A stretch of DNA of 64,000 nt from Alphaproteobacteria bacterium. GTDB lineage: Bacteria; Pseudomonadota; Alphaproteobacteria; SP197. Position numbers and translations under genes: made by a program. Each line of letters starts with the position of its first letter. The stretch's first letter is position 1. The DNA is taken from contig OZ219917.1 of assembly GCA_964291415.2 (NCBI GenBank), forward strand, positions 1,024,001-1,088,000, in the 5' to 3' direction. This document shows positions 1 to 10,381 of this stretch, piece by piece. The notes under the pieces were generated by a model. That model was given only the letters and a program-made list of their open reading frames with translations. It was not told the origin of the DNA and ran no database searches.

Positions 1-81
1 CTGTTTGCCTCGTTGTTCATCTGGTATCTGGTGCAGGAGGTGTTGGGCATTTTCCTTCGCCCCCTGCCGTGGTTTTTCTGA
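1..81 (+). CDS. tctB: Tripartite tricarboxylate transporter small membrane subunit, C-terminal fragment (runs off the window)
   Basis: Frame 1 reads LFASLFIWYLVQEVLGIFLRPLPWFF*, a hydrophobic TctB-like C-terminus directly upstream of tctA. Confidence 0.7.
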   Translation: MFASLFIWYLVQEVLGIFLRPLPWFF

Positions 82-93
82 GGAGCCCGGCCG

Positions 94-1614
94 ATGCTTG
101 AGGGAATCCTGAGCGGTCTTGAGACGGCGTTCTCCTTTCAAAACCTGCTCATGGTGGTGGCCGGCTGCCTGATTGGCACACTGATCGGCATGCTTCCGGG
201 TCTTGGTCCGATGTCGATCATCGCGATCATGATCCCGATCGCCATCAAGATCGGGGATCCGTCGGCGGCGCTGATCCTGCTTGCCGGGGTCTATTACGGC
301 GCCATCTTCGGCGGCTCCACCTCGTCCATTCTGATCAACGCGCCGGGAGTCGCCGGTACCGTCGCCTCGTCTTTTGACGGATACCCCCTGGCGCGCCAGG
401 GGCAGGCCGGCAAGGCGCTGACCATCGCCGCCATCGCGTCCTTTGCCGGCGGCACGGTGGGCGCCCTTCTCCTGATGGGATTTGCGCCCGGCCTCGCAAC
501 CGTCGCCTTGCTATTCCATTCGGCGGAATACTTCGCCCTCATGATTGTCGGCTTGGCCGCCGTTGCGGCCTTCGCAGGCACCGGACAGATCGCCAAGGCG
601 CTGATGATGACCGTGCTGGGCGTGATGCTGGCGACCCTGGGCGAGAGCGCGCTGTTCAACGCACCGCGTTTCACCATGGGCATCCAGGACCTTCAGAGTG
701 GAATCAGCTTCATCACGCTCGCCATGGCGCTGTTCGCCCTGCCGGAAGCCCTGTATCTGGTTCTCGACCCGAAGCGCTCGAAGCGGGGCAGCGGAAATGG
801 AGGCGCCATAGAGAACCTGCGCATCTCGCGCTCCGAAGCCAGGGAAATCGCGCCGGTCATAGGTCGCCAGTCGCTCCAGGGGTTCTTTGTCGGCGTGATG
901 CCGGGGGCGGGGGCAACGATTGCGTCCTTTCTCGGCTACGCCGTCGAACGCAACATCGCCAAGGGCGAGGACCAGGCCAAATTCGGCAAAGGGTCGATCA
1001 AGGGCCTCGCGGCCCCGGAGACCGCCAACAACGCGGCCTGCACGGGATCGTTCGTCCCTCTCCTGACATTGGGGATTCCGGGCTCCGGCACAACCGCGAT
1101 CCTGATGGGCGCGCTGATCGCCCTCAATGTCGCACCGGGTCCCAGGCTCATGGCGGACAATCCGTCGATTTTCTGGGCCGTGATCATTTCGATGTATATC
1201 GGCAATGTGGTGCTGCTAATCATCAATCTTCCGCTCATTCCCTACATCGCGAAACTGCTGCAGGTTCCCCGAAACTACCTGATCCCGTTCATCCTGTTCT
1301 TCACCATGATGGGCAGCTATATCGGCCAGAACAATGCGACCGAGCTCCTGCTGCTGACCGGGATGGGAATTGCGGCGACGATCATGCGTTTCGCCGGCTT
1401 CCCCCTGGCGCCATTGCTCATCGGGTTCATTCTGGGGCAGCTTCTGGAGGACAATTTCGCGCGCGCCATGAATCTGACCGACGGCATCAGTTTCATGTGG
1501 GATCGACCGATGACCGCCGGCCTGCTGCTGTTCTCCGTGGTGCTGATCCTCCTGCCCGCGATGCGGGCCCGGCTCGCAAAGTGGCAGCGGCGGGGCGTTG
1601 CGCCCGGCGACTGA
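94..1614 (+). CDS. tctA: Tripartite tricarboxylate transporter large permease
   Basis: 506 aa, highly hydrophobic. TctA motifs GMLPGLG, YYGAIFGGSTSSILINAPG, AAPETANNA and PLLTLGIPGS. GGAG RBS upstream. Confidence 0.95.
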   Translation: MLEGILSGLETAFSFQNLLMVVAGCLIGTLIGMLPGLGPMSIIAIMIPIAIKIGDPSAALILLAGVYYGAIFGGSTSSILINAPGVAGTVASSFDGYPLARQGQAGKALTIAAIASFAGGTVGALLLMGFAPGLATVALLFHSAEYFALMIVGLAAVAAFAGTGQIAKALMMTVLGVMLATLGESALFNAPRFTMGIQDLQSGISFITLAMALFALPEALYLVLDPKRSKRGSGNGGAIENLRISRSEAREIAPVIGRQSLQGFFVGVMPGAGATIASFLGYAVERNIAKGEDQAKFGKGSIKGLAAPETANNAACTGSFVPLLTLGIPGSGTTAILMGALIALNVAPGPRLMADNPSIFWAVIISMYIGNVVLLIINLPLIPYIAKLLQVPRNYLIPFILFFTMMGSYIGQNNATELLLLTGMGIAATIMRFAGFPLAPLLIGFILGQLLEDNFARAMNLTDGISFMWDRPMTAGLLLFSVVLILLPAMRARLAKWQRRGVAPGD

Positions 1615-1853
1615 CGCCGGCTGACCCGGCTTCGGACTGGTAGCGACGGGCGCGGCCTCGGCCGACGGATCCGCGTCGGGCGTTGCGGCCTTCCGGTCCC
1701 GGAGCGCCATCAATGGCTGTGGACATCGCCTCGCCCACAGAGCAGGGATGTTGCAATTGCCCGCCAGTTCTTTCTGCGCCCGTGCCTTGAGGCGGACGAA
1801 ACCGGACAGGCATCCGATATCCACCGGATTTCTTCTTCAGGCGAGCGCATCGA

Positions 1854-2657
1854 GTGTCAGTTCCGACCGAAAACTGCGCACTTTCGCCGCTCCCGACCAT
1901 CGCCGAGAACTGGCAGCGCCTCATCCAGGGCCGACCCCTCATCAATCTCGCCGACGTGCTGAAGTGGGTCGGCGTGAAGCCGGAGGCCGTCTACAGCGCG
2001 GACACGCTTGTTTCCGGCGACGAGGGCAAGCTGCCGATCTCGCGCGGTGTGCCGATTGCCAAGGCCATGACCGGAAACGTGCTCATCGCCTTCGCCATGA
2101 ACGGCGGACCGCTGCACAGGCACAATGGCGCACCGCGCCGCCTCGTGGTGCCGGGTTCGCCGGGTGCCTGTTCCCGGAAGTGGCTGCACCGCGTCGAGAT
2201 CCGCGACCAGGTGCATGACGGACCGAAGATGACCGGCACCTCCTACCGGGCGCCGCGCTACCCGGTCGCTCCGGGTGAAGAGGTGCCGGAAGAGGATTTC
2301 GACATCATCGCGCGCATGCCGGTGAAGTCCCTGGTGACCTCGCCGGAACACGGTGCCGTGGTCACCCGCGAAACCGAGGTGCGCGGTCGTGCCTGGTCGG
2401 GCGACCGGACCGTTTCCGCGGTGGACATCTCCATCGATCTCGGCAGGAGCTGGGTGACGGCCGAGCTCGAAGGGCCGGTCAACCCGGGCGCCTGGCAGAA
2501 CTGGCGCCGCAGGATCGCCGTCCCCCAGGCCGGGTACTGCAAGGTCTGGTCACGAGCGACCGACAGTGCTGGCGACGTGCAGCTCTTCGCAGTCGACTGG
2601 AACCCGAGAGGCTATCTCAACAACTCCGTGCACCGGATTGCGTTGCGCGTGGCCTGA
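1854..2657 (+). pseudogene. 5'-truncated sulfite oxidase family (SorA/SoxC-like) molybdoenzyme
   Basis: Homology starts only at about 1947 (LADVL...ISRGVPI.KA...AFAMNG.PL...NGAP.RLVVPG...KWL, then the dimerisation domain W.RATD..G..Q...WNPRGYLNN). The N-terminal half with the Mo-ligating Cys and any signal peptide is absent. Confidence 0.7.
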
Positions 2658-3077
2658 TCGCAACGGCTCTCCATGGATCTCGCCTTCCCGGGGGGTTGCT
2701 GACATGCCCGTGTTGCACATGCGTCGATTGTCAGATTGACAATCGCAGTTCGGTTCAGCGGTGATCTCAAGCACCAGGAAGGACGCCGGAAAACCGGCGC
2801 GGACATGCCACGTCCCGATCGATGGTCCGCTTTCGTCACCTGCACCTCGGCAGGCTGTCGCTATGGGAGCGTGGAATTCCGCCGGTTCCCGGAGGAAAGA
2901 GTCTTCCCTGGAGCTTTTGCGGTGCAGGATTGCGCCGCTGCCCTGCCGCCGCGGGTAAGCCTTTGACCCAACCGCCGAGAGCCCGAGACCGATGCTGGCC
3001 TGCGGCCACCGAACTGAGTCCCGGAACTCGGCACGGTGTGGACCGGGTCTCATCCGGTCCCCCTGTCGAGTCGTCGC

Positions 3078-3788
3078 CTACCGCGCGCCGAGGATCGTGG
3101 CCAGGTCGGTCGAGTTCGATCCCGCAGGCGAGAGGTCGAGGTTCGCCTCGATCAGTGCGAGATGTGTTCGAATCAGCGTCTCCGCCCGGTCGCCGTCCTT
3201 GGACTCGAGAGCGCCGAGAATGTCGGCGTGCTCGTGCTCCGGGCAATTCGAGGCTCCTGAACTGCCAAACAACCCAATGATCACCGAGGTCCGTGTCACC
3301 AGTTCTCGCATCATCCGGGTCACGACATCGTTGCCGGTAGCCGTCGCCAGCCGCACGTGGAACTCACCGGAAAGCCGGATCGCCTCGCGCCTTTCGCCTC
3401 CGCGTCGTGCTTCCTCCTCGCGCTCAATGTGGCGCGCCAGCGCATCAAGGTCGGCCGACCGCGCGCCGCTTGCCAACTGGCGCACAATGCTTGGCTCGAG
3501 CATCATCCTGGCGTTGAAGACGTCGCGCGCTTCCTTGGCGTCGGGGCTGGCGACGAACGCACCGCGATTCGAATGCAGGTCGACGATTCCCTGGCTGGCG
3601 AGCAGCAGCAGCGCGCGGCGGACACGCATCCGTCCAACGCCGAACGCCTTGCACAGCATCGACTCGCTGAGCTTCGTGCGCGGCGCGAGCCGCTGCTCCA
3701 TCACGGCTTCGTAGATGCGCTCAACGATCTGCTGCTCGCTCCAGCCGTCCCGCTCCGGGTGCATTTCCACTTTGTCCATCGACGTCAT
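3078..3788 (-). CDS. GntR/FadR-family transcriptional regulator (FCD domain)
   Basis: wHTH IYEAVMEQRLAPRTKLSESMLCKAFGVGRMRVRRAL and FCD motifs FH..LA..TGN and EH..IL.AL. Start taken at ATG 3788. Confidence 0.9.
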   Translation of the reverse strand: MTSMDKVEMHPERDGWSEQQIVERIYEAVMEQRLAPRTKLSESMLCKAFGVGRMRVRRALLLLASQGIVDLHSNRGAFVASPDAKEARDVFNARMMLEPSIVRQLASGARSADLDALARHIEREEEARRGGERREAIRLSGEFHVRLATATGNDVVTRMMRELVTRTSVIIGLFGSSGASNCPEHEHADILGALESKDGDRAETLIRTHLALIEANLDLSPAGSNSTDLATILGAR

Positions 3789-3850
3789 TATACCTTGCGA
3801 CTCCCTGAATATGGGACTCTCCGGGCAGTCGCACCGACCAGGTTGTTGAA

Positions 3851-3896
3851 ATTGTCGACAGAATACGCCTTTTCTGTTGACGAGATTGTTAACGAT
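3851..3896. promoter_or_regulatory. Putative GntR operator boxes in the divergent promoter
   Basis: Near-palindromes ATTGTCGACAGA (3851), CTGTTGACGA (3874) and ATTGTTAACGAT (3885) in an AT-rich gap between gntR and the ABC operon. They match the TGT-N-ACA pattern of FadR-subfamily sites. Confidence 0.55.
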
Positions 3897-3964
3897 CAAT
3901 TGAATAACCCTGTTCAGGTTCGGGTGAAACCCGAATGCGACACTGGAAAGGAAGGACTACACTC

Positions 3965-5149
3965 ATGCGCAGATTCACCGTACTCAAAACTGCTGCCGTG
4001 GCGCTGACGTCGCTGACGCTCGCCACCGCGGCTTACGCTGAGAACGACACGCTGAAGATCGGCTTTGTCGGCGTCACCAGCGGCCCGGCGGCCGCCTGGG
4101 GCATCTCGAACGTCCGCTCCATGGAAACCCGCGCTGCCTGGATCAACGAGACCGGTGGTGTCGAGATCGGCGGCAAGGTCTACGACATCGAGATCGTCAC
4201 ATTCGACGATCAGAAGGACCCGAAGCGTGCCATCGCCGGCATGGAAAAAATGGCACAGGAAGGAATCCGCTACGTCGTCGGGCCGAATGTCGATGACGGT
4301 GCCGCCGCGGTGCGTCCGGTCGCGGAAGCGAACGGCATCGTCTACTTCCCCTATGCGTTCCCGAAGGAGCTCTACAGTCCGCCGGCCTCAAACGCGGTTC
4401 TCGGAATGGTGGCCAACTACCAGTCCGGACCGGCCATCTACAAGTACCTTGTGGAGAACGAGGGCGTGAAGACCGTGGCCTTTGTCGCGGCCAACGAATC
4501 GGACCCGCTCAGCCAGCGCGACGGCGGTGTCATGGCCGCGAACGAACTGGGGATGGAAGTGGTATCGGACAACGTCACCTACCAGGTTGACACCTCCGAC
4601 TTCACCCCGGTGATCACCCCGGTCATCCAAACCCAGCCCGACCTGCTGGTGCTCTCGGGCGTCTCGCCGGCTCACGCCCCGCAGCTCATCCGGTCGGCGC
4701 GCGAACTCGGCTACGAGGGCCTGATCTCGACGGAGACCGCGCAGGACGCGACCGTGCTGCGCGAGGGCGCAGGCGATCTCGCCAACGGCTTCATCTCGGT
4801 CGGCGGCGCGTCGACGCCTGAGATCGCCTCGGACGCGATGAGGGAGTTCGTGGACCGCTACACCGAGATGTTCGGCGAATACAACGACGAATCGAACACC
4901 AAGGTCTACGCCCTCGAGTACATCCTCGAGACGATCAAGGCCCACCCGGAGGCGATCGACGACGTCGAGGTCTTCAAGGCGGCCATGGACGACTTCGAGG
5001 CGCCCAACCCGTTCATGGTGGGCGATGCCGTGTTGAAGTATGTTGGCATGTCCTCGTTTGGCCAGAAGCGTCAGGTCTCGGTCCCGCTGGTGGTCAACGT
5101 TTATCGCGACGGCGCGTTCGAGACGCTGTTCGTGGCCGAGGTGGACTGA
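3965..5149 (+). CDS. HAAT/branched-chain-type ABC transporter substrate-binding protein (probably ureide/allantoin-related)
   Basis: Signal peptide (MRRFTVLKTAAVAL...AYA), LKIGFVGVTSGPAA and INETGGV...DDQ motifs. First gene of a livKHMGF-like operon. Confidence 0.9.
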   Translation: MRRFTVLKTAAVALTSLTLATAAYAENDTLKIGFVGVTSGPAAAWGISNVRSMETRAAWINETGGVEIGGKVYDIEIVTFDDQKDPKRAIAGMEKMAQEGIRYVVGPNVDDGAAAVRPVAEANGIVYFPYAFPKELYSPPASNAVLGMVANYQSGPAIYKYLVENEGVKTVAFVAANESDPLSQRDGGVMAANELGMEVVSDNVTYQVDTSDFTPVITPVIQTQPDLLVLSGVSPAHAPQLIRSARELGYEGLISTETAQDATVLREGAGDLANGFISVGGASTPEIASDAMREFVDRYTEMFGEYNDESNTKVYALEYILETIKAHPEAIDDVEVFKAAMDDFEAPNPFMVGDAVLKYVGMSSFGQKRQVSVPLVVNVYRDGAFETLFVAEVD

Positions 5150-5241
5150 GTTCCTCCCGGGACAGGTGACCCGCCTGTCCGCAGTCGGCTGCCCCGGGCT
5201 CGTGCGCGGTGCGGGGCAGCCGACCCGTAGCAAAGTGAGCC

Positions 5242-6111
5242 ATGGAACAGATTCTGGCCAACGGCATCTATCTTGGCGCCCAGTACGCGATGATCGCCCT
5301 CGGGCTGACGCTGATTTTTGCGTTGATGAACGTGCTCAATTTCGCCCACGGGCAGATGTACGTGCTGGGAGGTTTTGTCACCTACACGTTCTACGGACAG
5401 TTCGGTTTGCCGTTCGTCCTGGCGCTGACGATGTCCTGCGTCACGCTGGCGATCGTGGGTGCCCTTGTCGAGCGCTTTCTCTTCGCTCCGGTGCTTCGAC
5501 GATCCGCGCGCGAAGAGAGCACGATGCTCCTCGCAGCGGCGATTGCCTTCCTGTTCGATGCGATCATCTTGCTGGTGTTCGGCGAAAAGCAGCGCGGCGT
5601 TCCCAAGATAGTCGACGGCGTCCTCAACTGGGATTTCCGGGTCATCATGCCCTACGACCGGATCCTGATTTGTTTCCTGGCGATCTCTCGATCGTCGCCT
5701 TCATCTCGTACATGCAGTTCACCAAGACCGGGCGAGCTCTGCGGGCGTTGGCGCAGGACCGCACCGCAGCGCAGCTGATGGGCGTCAACGCCGCGCGCTA
5801 CTCGATGATCGGATTCGCGACTCGGCGCCATGTTGGCGGGGTTGGTGGGCGGGCTTCTGGTGACGATCACCGGCGTCAACCTTGGCATGGGCGGACCGAC
5901 CTCGATCAAGGCCTTCATGATGGTCATGATCGGCGGCGCCGGCGTCATCTCGGGTGCGATCGCAGGCGGCATCATCCTCGGCTTCCTTGAAGCGATCGGA
6001 CTGGCGGTACTCTCGCAGTACGGCGACATCACCTATCTCGTAATCTTCATCTCGCTGATGATCTTTCTGGCCATCCGCCCGCAGGGTCTGATGGGAAAAC
6101 CCTGGGGTTGA
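5242..6111 (+). CDS. livH: ABC permease (LivH-like) carrying two compensating frameshifts
   Basis: N-terminus YAMIALGLTLIF...NFAHG. The middle (TKTGRALRALAQDRTAAQLMGVN) is in another frame between about 5688 and 5820. The C-terminus (5830-6111, RPQGLMG) returns to the first frame. Confidence 0.8.
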
Positions 6112-6115
6112 AGGG

Positions 6116-7138
6116 ATGAGCACTGTGGACGGCTCCGGATCCACGAGTGTCCGGCACGGCATCGACGGGAAGACGCTTGTCGGCGTCGCCGTCTTTCTTC
6201 TCGCGGTCTTCGTGGCGATTCCTCTCTTGATTGCTGCCTCCGGGCGCGTCGACTTCTACTACACGCTGACCTCGGTCGCGTTGCTCAGCATCGCCAGCGC
6301 CGGGGTCTGGCTGATGTTCTACATTGGCCGGATCAACATCGGCCAGGGCGCCTTCGCGCTGATCGGCGCCTATGTCTCGGCCATTCTCGTGACCAAGGCA
6401 GGCGTCTCCTTCTGGCTGTCGCTGCCCATCGCGGGGTTCTTCGCCGCTGGCGTCGCGGTGCTGATAGGCCTGCCGATCCTGCGCCTCAAGGGCGTCTACT
6501 TCGCGATGATCTCGCTGGTGTTGACCCAGGTCGTGACGCTCGCCGCGCTGGCGCTGCCGATCACCAACGGCGCCAAGGGCATCACCTCGATTCCGCTGCC
6601 GGGCGAGGTCTCGATTCTCGGACTGACGCTGATCCCCGACTTCGCGACCATGGAGAACTCGAGGCCGGCATTCTATTACACGGCCTGCGTTCTGATGGTG
6701 CTGACGTTCGCGGCGATGTACCGGTTGGTCAACTCGCGGCTTGGCCACATCTGCCGCTCGATGCAGCAGAACGAGGAGCTCGCCTCGTCGATCGGCATCA
6801 ACATCGCCTATATCCGCGTCATCGTCTTCGCCATATCGTCCTTTCTGGGCGGAATCGGTGGCGCAATGTTCGGGGCGATTGCCCAGTCGGTCTATCCGTC
6901 CAGTTTCCAGGTCGCCGACTCGATCAACTTCATGCTCAATTGTTTCCTCGGCGGTCTCGGCTATGTCTTCGGGCCGATGCTCGGCACCCTCGTGCTCTAC
7001 TTCGGCTGGGACCTCCTGTTCGAGTCCGGCAAGTACCAGCTGCTGATCTACGCGAGTCTGCTGATACTCCTGATGCTGGTGCTGCCGAACGGCCTGCTCA
7101 GCATCCGGCTCGACAAGGTGTGGCGGGTCCGGGGATGA
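6116..7138 (+). CDS. livM: ABC permease (LivM-like)
   Basis: IGQGAF, LRLKGVYFAMISL, TNGAKGI, LGGLG..FGP and LPNGL motifs. Confidence 0.9.
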   Translation: MSTVDGSGSTSVRHGIDGKTLVGVAVFLLAVFVAIPLLIAASGRVDFYYTLTSVALLSIASAGVWLMFYIGRINIGQGAFALIGAYVSAILVTKAGVSFWLSLPIAGFFAAGVAVLIGLPILRLKGVYFAMISLVLTQVVTLAALALPITNGAKGITSIPLPGEVSILGLTLIPDFATMENSRPAFYYTACVLMVLTFAAMYRLVNSRLGHICRSMQQNEELASSIGINIAYIRVIVFAISSFLGGIGGAMFGAIAQSVYPSSFQVADSINFMLNCFLGGLGYVFGPMLGTLVLYFGWDLLFESGKYQLLIYASLLILLMLVLPNGLLSIRLDKVWRVRG

Positions 7139-7917
7139 GCAGCCTCCTTGAAGTCAGGGACGTCTCCAAGCGCTTCGGCGGGCTGACGGCCAACCACAAC
7201 ATCACCTTCGACGTCGCCGAGAACGAAATCGTCTCGGTGATTGGCCCGAACGGTGCGGGCAAGTCCACGCTCTTCAAGATGATCTCGTCCTTCCTGCGGA
7301 CGACCTCGGGCGAGGTACGCTTCAAGGGCGAGCGAATCTCGAACCTCAAGCCCCATGTGGTGGCCCGCAAGGGCGTTGTGCGGACCTTTCAGGAGACGAC
7401 GATCTTCAAGAACATGACCGTGCGCGAGAGTGTCATCGTCGCCCAGCACCTGCGTGCCAGGGCATCGTTGGCGGGCTACTTCTGGGGATCGAGGGCGGCC
7501 CGCGCCGATGTGCATGCCTTTGGCAGGCATGCTGACGAGCTGATTGACTTCCTCGGCCTTTCGAACATCCGCAACGAACTTGCCTCGAACCTGCCGCATG
7601 GGCATCTGCGGGCACTCGGCGTCGCCATCGGACTCGCCACCGACCCGAAGCTCCTGTTGCTCGACGAGCCCTTCGCCGGCATGAATCACGATGAAACCAT
7701 GAGCATGGTCCAGTTGGTGCGCAAGGTCCGTGACGACCGCGGGGTCACGGTCCTTCTGGTCGAGCACGACATGTCGGCCGTGATGTCGATCTCGGACCGC
7801 ATCGTGGTGCTGAATTTCGGCGAGATGATTGCCGAGGGCACGCCAGCCGAGATTCAGGCCAACGAGAGGGTCATCGAGGCCTATCTCGGCAGCGAAGACG
7901 ACGCGATCGGGATCTGA
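7135..7917 (+). CDS. livG: ABC ATPase (LivG-like)
   Basis: Walker A GPNGAGKST, RTFQ, LLLLDEPFAG, VEHDM and EAYLG. ATGA overlap with livM. Confidence 0.92.
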   Translation: MSSLLEVRDVSKRFGGLTANHNITFDVAENEIVSVIGPNGAGKSTLFKMISSFLRTTSGEVRFKGERISNLKPHVVARKGVVRTFQETTIFKNMTVRESVIVAQHLRARASLAGYFWGSRAARADVHAFGRHADELIDFLGLSNIRNELASNLPHGHLRALGVAIGLATDPKLLLLDEPFAGMNHDETMSMVQLVRKVRDDRGVTVLLVEHDMSAVMSISDRIVVLNFGEMIAEGTPAEIQANERVIEAYLGSEDDAIGI

Positions 7918-7920
7918 GCC

Positions 7921-8643
7921 ATGAGCAAGATGCTGGAGTTCAATGACGTCGAACTCTTCTACGATCATGTCTACGCGCTGAAAGGTGTCTCGATCGACCT
8001 CGAAAAGGGCGAGACCGTCGCCCTGATTGGCGCCAACGGCGCAGGCAAGTCGTCAATTCTGCGCGCCATCACGGGCCTGGCGGCGATACGCTCGGGCTCG
8101 ATCCGATTCGAGAACGAGGACATCACCGGCCGTCCGGCCTTCGAGATCGTCGAGCGCGGCATTGCCATGGTGCCCGAGGGCCGCCGCGTCTTCCCCTACA
8201 TGTCCGTCAAGGACAATCTCCTGATGGGCGCGTTCACCCGTTCGGACAACGTGGCCATCAGGCAGACGCTGGACGGCATCCTCGAACGCTTTCCACGGCT
8301 GAAGGAGCGCTACGGCCAGGCCGCCGGTACGCTCTCGGGCGGCGAGCAGCAAATGATGGTGATCGGCCGCGCCCTGATGGCGCGGCCACGGCTGCTGCTG
8401 CTCGACGAACCCTCGCTCGGCATGGCGCCCAAGCTTGTGCAGGATATCGCCCGCTCGATCGTCGCCATCAGCCGCGACGAGAACGTCTCGGTGTTGCTGG
8501 TCGAGCAGAATTCGCGCATGGCACTCAGCATCTCGCACCGCGCCTACGCGCTCAGCACAGGCAGGGTTGCGATTGAAGGCGTGTCGAAGGAACTGCTCGC
8601 TGACGAGCGCGTCAAGAGGCTCTATCTCGGCGGCGAACTATGA
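7921..8643 (+). CDS. livF: ABC ATPase (LivF-like)
   Basis: GANGAGKS, VPEGRRVF, LSGGEQQM, LDEPSLG and VEQN. Confidence 0.92.
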   Translation: MSKMLEFNDVELFYDHVYALKGVSIDLEKGETVALIGANGAGKSSILRAITGLAAIRSGSIRFENEDITGRPAFEIVERGIAMVPEGRRVFPYMSVKDNLLMGAFTRSDNVAIRQTLDGILERFPRLKERYGQAAGTLSGGEQQMMVIGRALMARPRLLLLDEPSLGMAPKLVQDIARSIVAISRDENVSVLLVEQNSRMALSISHRAYALSTGRVAIEGVSKELLADERVKRLYLGGEL

Positions 8644-9341
8644 CGGCGATGCGCCTCCTGCTGGTCAACCCCAACAGCACCGCGTCGATGACCGACAAGG
8701 CGGTGGCCGCTGCCCGCAGGGTCGCACGCCCCGACACCGAGATCATCCCGGCCACGTCCGCTGACAACCCGCCGAGCATACAGGGATTCTACGACGTCGC
8801 CATGAGCCTCCCGGGGCTGCTGGACCAGATCGAGAAGCAGTGTCCGGGTGTCGACGCGATCGTCATCACGTGCTTCGACGACACCGGTCTCGATGCTTCG
8901 CGCGCTGCCGTCGACGTGCCCGTCATAGGCATCGGTGAGGCGGCGTTTCACGCCGCGAGCTTTCTCTGCTGCCGTTTCTCGGTCGTCACCACCCTTGGGC
9001 GTTCCGTCCCCGGAATCGAGGCCAATCTCCAGCGATATGGGCTGGCGGCGCGCTGCGCCCGGGTGCGGGCGTCCGAGGTTCCGGTCCTCGACCTCGAACG
9101 CGGCGACCCCGCAGTCGTCGAGAGGGTCGCCGAACAGATCGAATCCGCGATGCGGGACGATGGCGCCGAGGCCATCGTGCTCGGTTGCGCAGGCATGACC
9201 GAAATGACGACCTATCTCTCCGGACGCTTCGGCATCCCCGTCATCGACGGTGTGGCGAGCGCCGTGACGTTTGCCGAGGCGCTGGTGGCGGCTGGTTACA
9301 AGACCTCGAAGATCGGCGGTTACGCCCGACCCATCCGTTGA
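8640..9341 (+). CDS. Asp/Glu/hydantoin racemase family (allantoin racemase-like)
   Basis: VNPNSTASMT, catalytic cysteines in ITCFDD and LGCAGM, PVIDGV and TSKIGGY. Confidence 0.9.
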   Translation: MTAMRLLLVNPNSTASMTDKAVAAARRVARPDTEIIPATSADNPPSIQGFYDVAMSLPGLLDQIEKQCPGVDAIVITCFDDTGLDASRAAVDVPVIGIGEAAFHAASFLCCRFSVVTTLGRSVPGIEANLQRYGLAARCARVRASEVPVLDLERGDPAVVERVAEQIESAMRDDGAEAIVLGCAGMTEMTTYLSGRFGIPVIDGVASAVTFAEALVAAGYKTSKIGGYARPIR

Positions 9342-9520
9342 ATGGAACTGGTGGCAGTCGAGAGAACCGAAAGTCGAACTGCCGGACAACGGCGACCGTC
9401 AGTCCTGCTCCATCCTGCGCCTTGCGGTTGAAAGGCACGTGTGTGGCGTCAGCGGCCTCGAACGCCTCTCCGCGCAGCACGCAGGCTTCGCCGTCAGTGA
9501 CTGGATGACGGTCTCTCGGG

Positions 9521-10381
9521 TCATTCGGCCGGCCTCGGTCCCGCGAGGCAGGCGTGCCGGTTCACGTCCTTGTAGAGCAGGTAACGGAACCGCCCGGGGC
9601 CACCTGCATAGCAGGCTTGCGGACAAAACGCGCGCAACCACATGAAGTCGCCGGCCTCGACCTCGATCCAGTCGCTGTTGAGCTTGTAGACCGCCTTGCC
9701 TTCGAGCACGTAAAGCCCGTGCTCCATGACGTGGGTCTCCTCAAAGGGGATCAGGCCCCCGGGCTCGAAGGTGACGATGTTGACATGCATGTCGTGGCGC
9801 AGGTCGTTCGGATCGACGAAGCGCGTCGTCGCCCAGCGGCCATCCGTGTCCGGCATCGGTGTGGGCAGGATGTCCTGCTCGTTGGCGAACACCGGATCCG
9901 GCGCCTTGAGCCCCTCGACCTGTTCGTAACGTTTGCGAATCCAGTGGAATCGGGCGGGTTCGTCCCCGGTGTTGGACACCGCCCATGATGCGCATGGCGG
10001 AAGATAGGCATAGCCGCCAGGGCCCAGTGTGCGGGTCGTGCGATCCAGCATGATGTCCAGCCTTCCGCCGGTGACAAAGATCACGCCTTCCGCCTCGTGT
10101 TCCGGTTCCGGGCGGTGGCTGCCGCCGCCGGGCGCCACCTCCATCACATACTGCGAGAACGTCTCGGCGAAGCCGGACAGCGGCCGGGCGATGACCCAGG
10201 CTCTCGTGTCTTCCCAATCCGGCAGCAGGCTGGCGACGATGTCGCTGAAGACGCCACGCGGTATCACCGCATAGGCTTCGGTGAAGATGGCCCGGCCCGT
10301 CATCATGGCGGATTGCGGCGGAAGTCCGCCTCGGGGCGCGTAATAGCTGCGCCCGGTTGTCGGCGTATCCGGGGGCGTCAT
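9521..10381 (-). CDS. (S)-ureidoglycine aminohydrolase (bicupin)
   Basis: YYAPRGGLP, RAIFTEAYAVIP, ARPLSGFAETFSQY, DMHVNIVTF, ETHVMEHGLYVLEG and YLLYKDVNR. ATG at 10381. Confidence 0.92.
   Translation of the reverse strand: MTPPDTPTTGRSYYAPRGGLPPQSAMMTGRAIFTEAYAVIPRGVFSDIVASLLPDWEDTRAWVIARPLSGFAETFSQYVMEVAPGGGSHRPEPEHEAEGVIFVTGGRLDIMLDRTTRTLGPGGYAYLPPCASWAVSNTGDEPARFHWIRKRYEQVEGLKAPDPVFANEQDILPTPMPDTDGRWATTRFVDPNDLRHDMHVNIVTFEPGGLIPFEETHVMEHGLYVLEGKAVYKLNSDWIEVEAGDFMWLRAFCPQACYAGGPGRFRYLLYKDVNRHACLAGPRPAE

Noticed and set aside
5776-5778. TGA between same-frame livH halves as readthrough
   Set aside because: The conserved LivH sequence across this interval is in another frame. Two compensating indels explain it.
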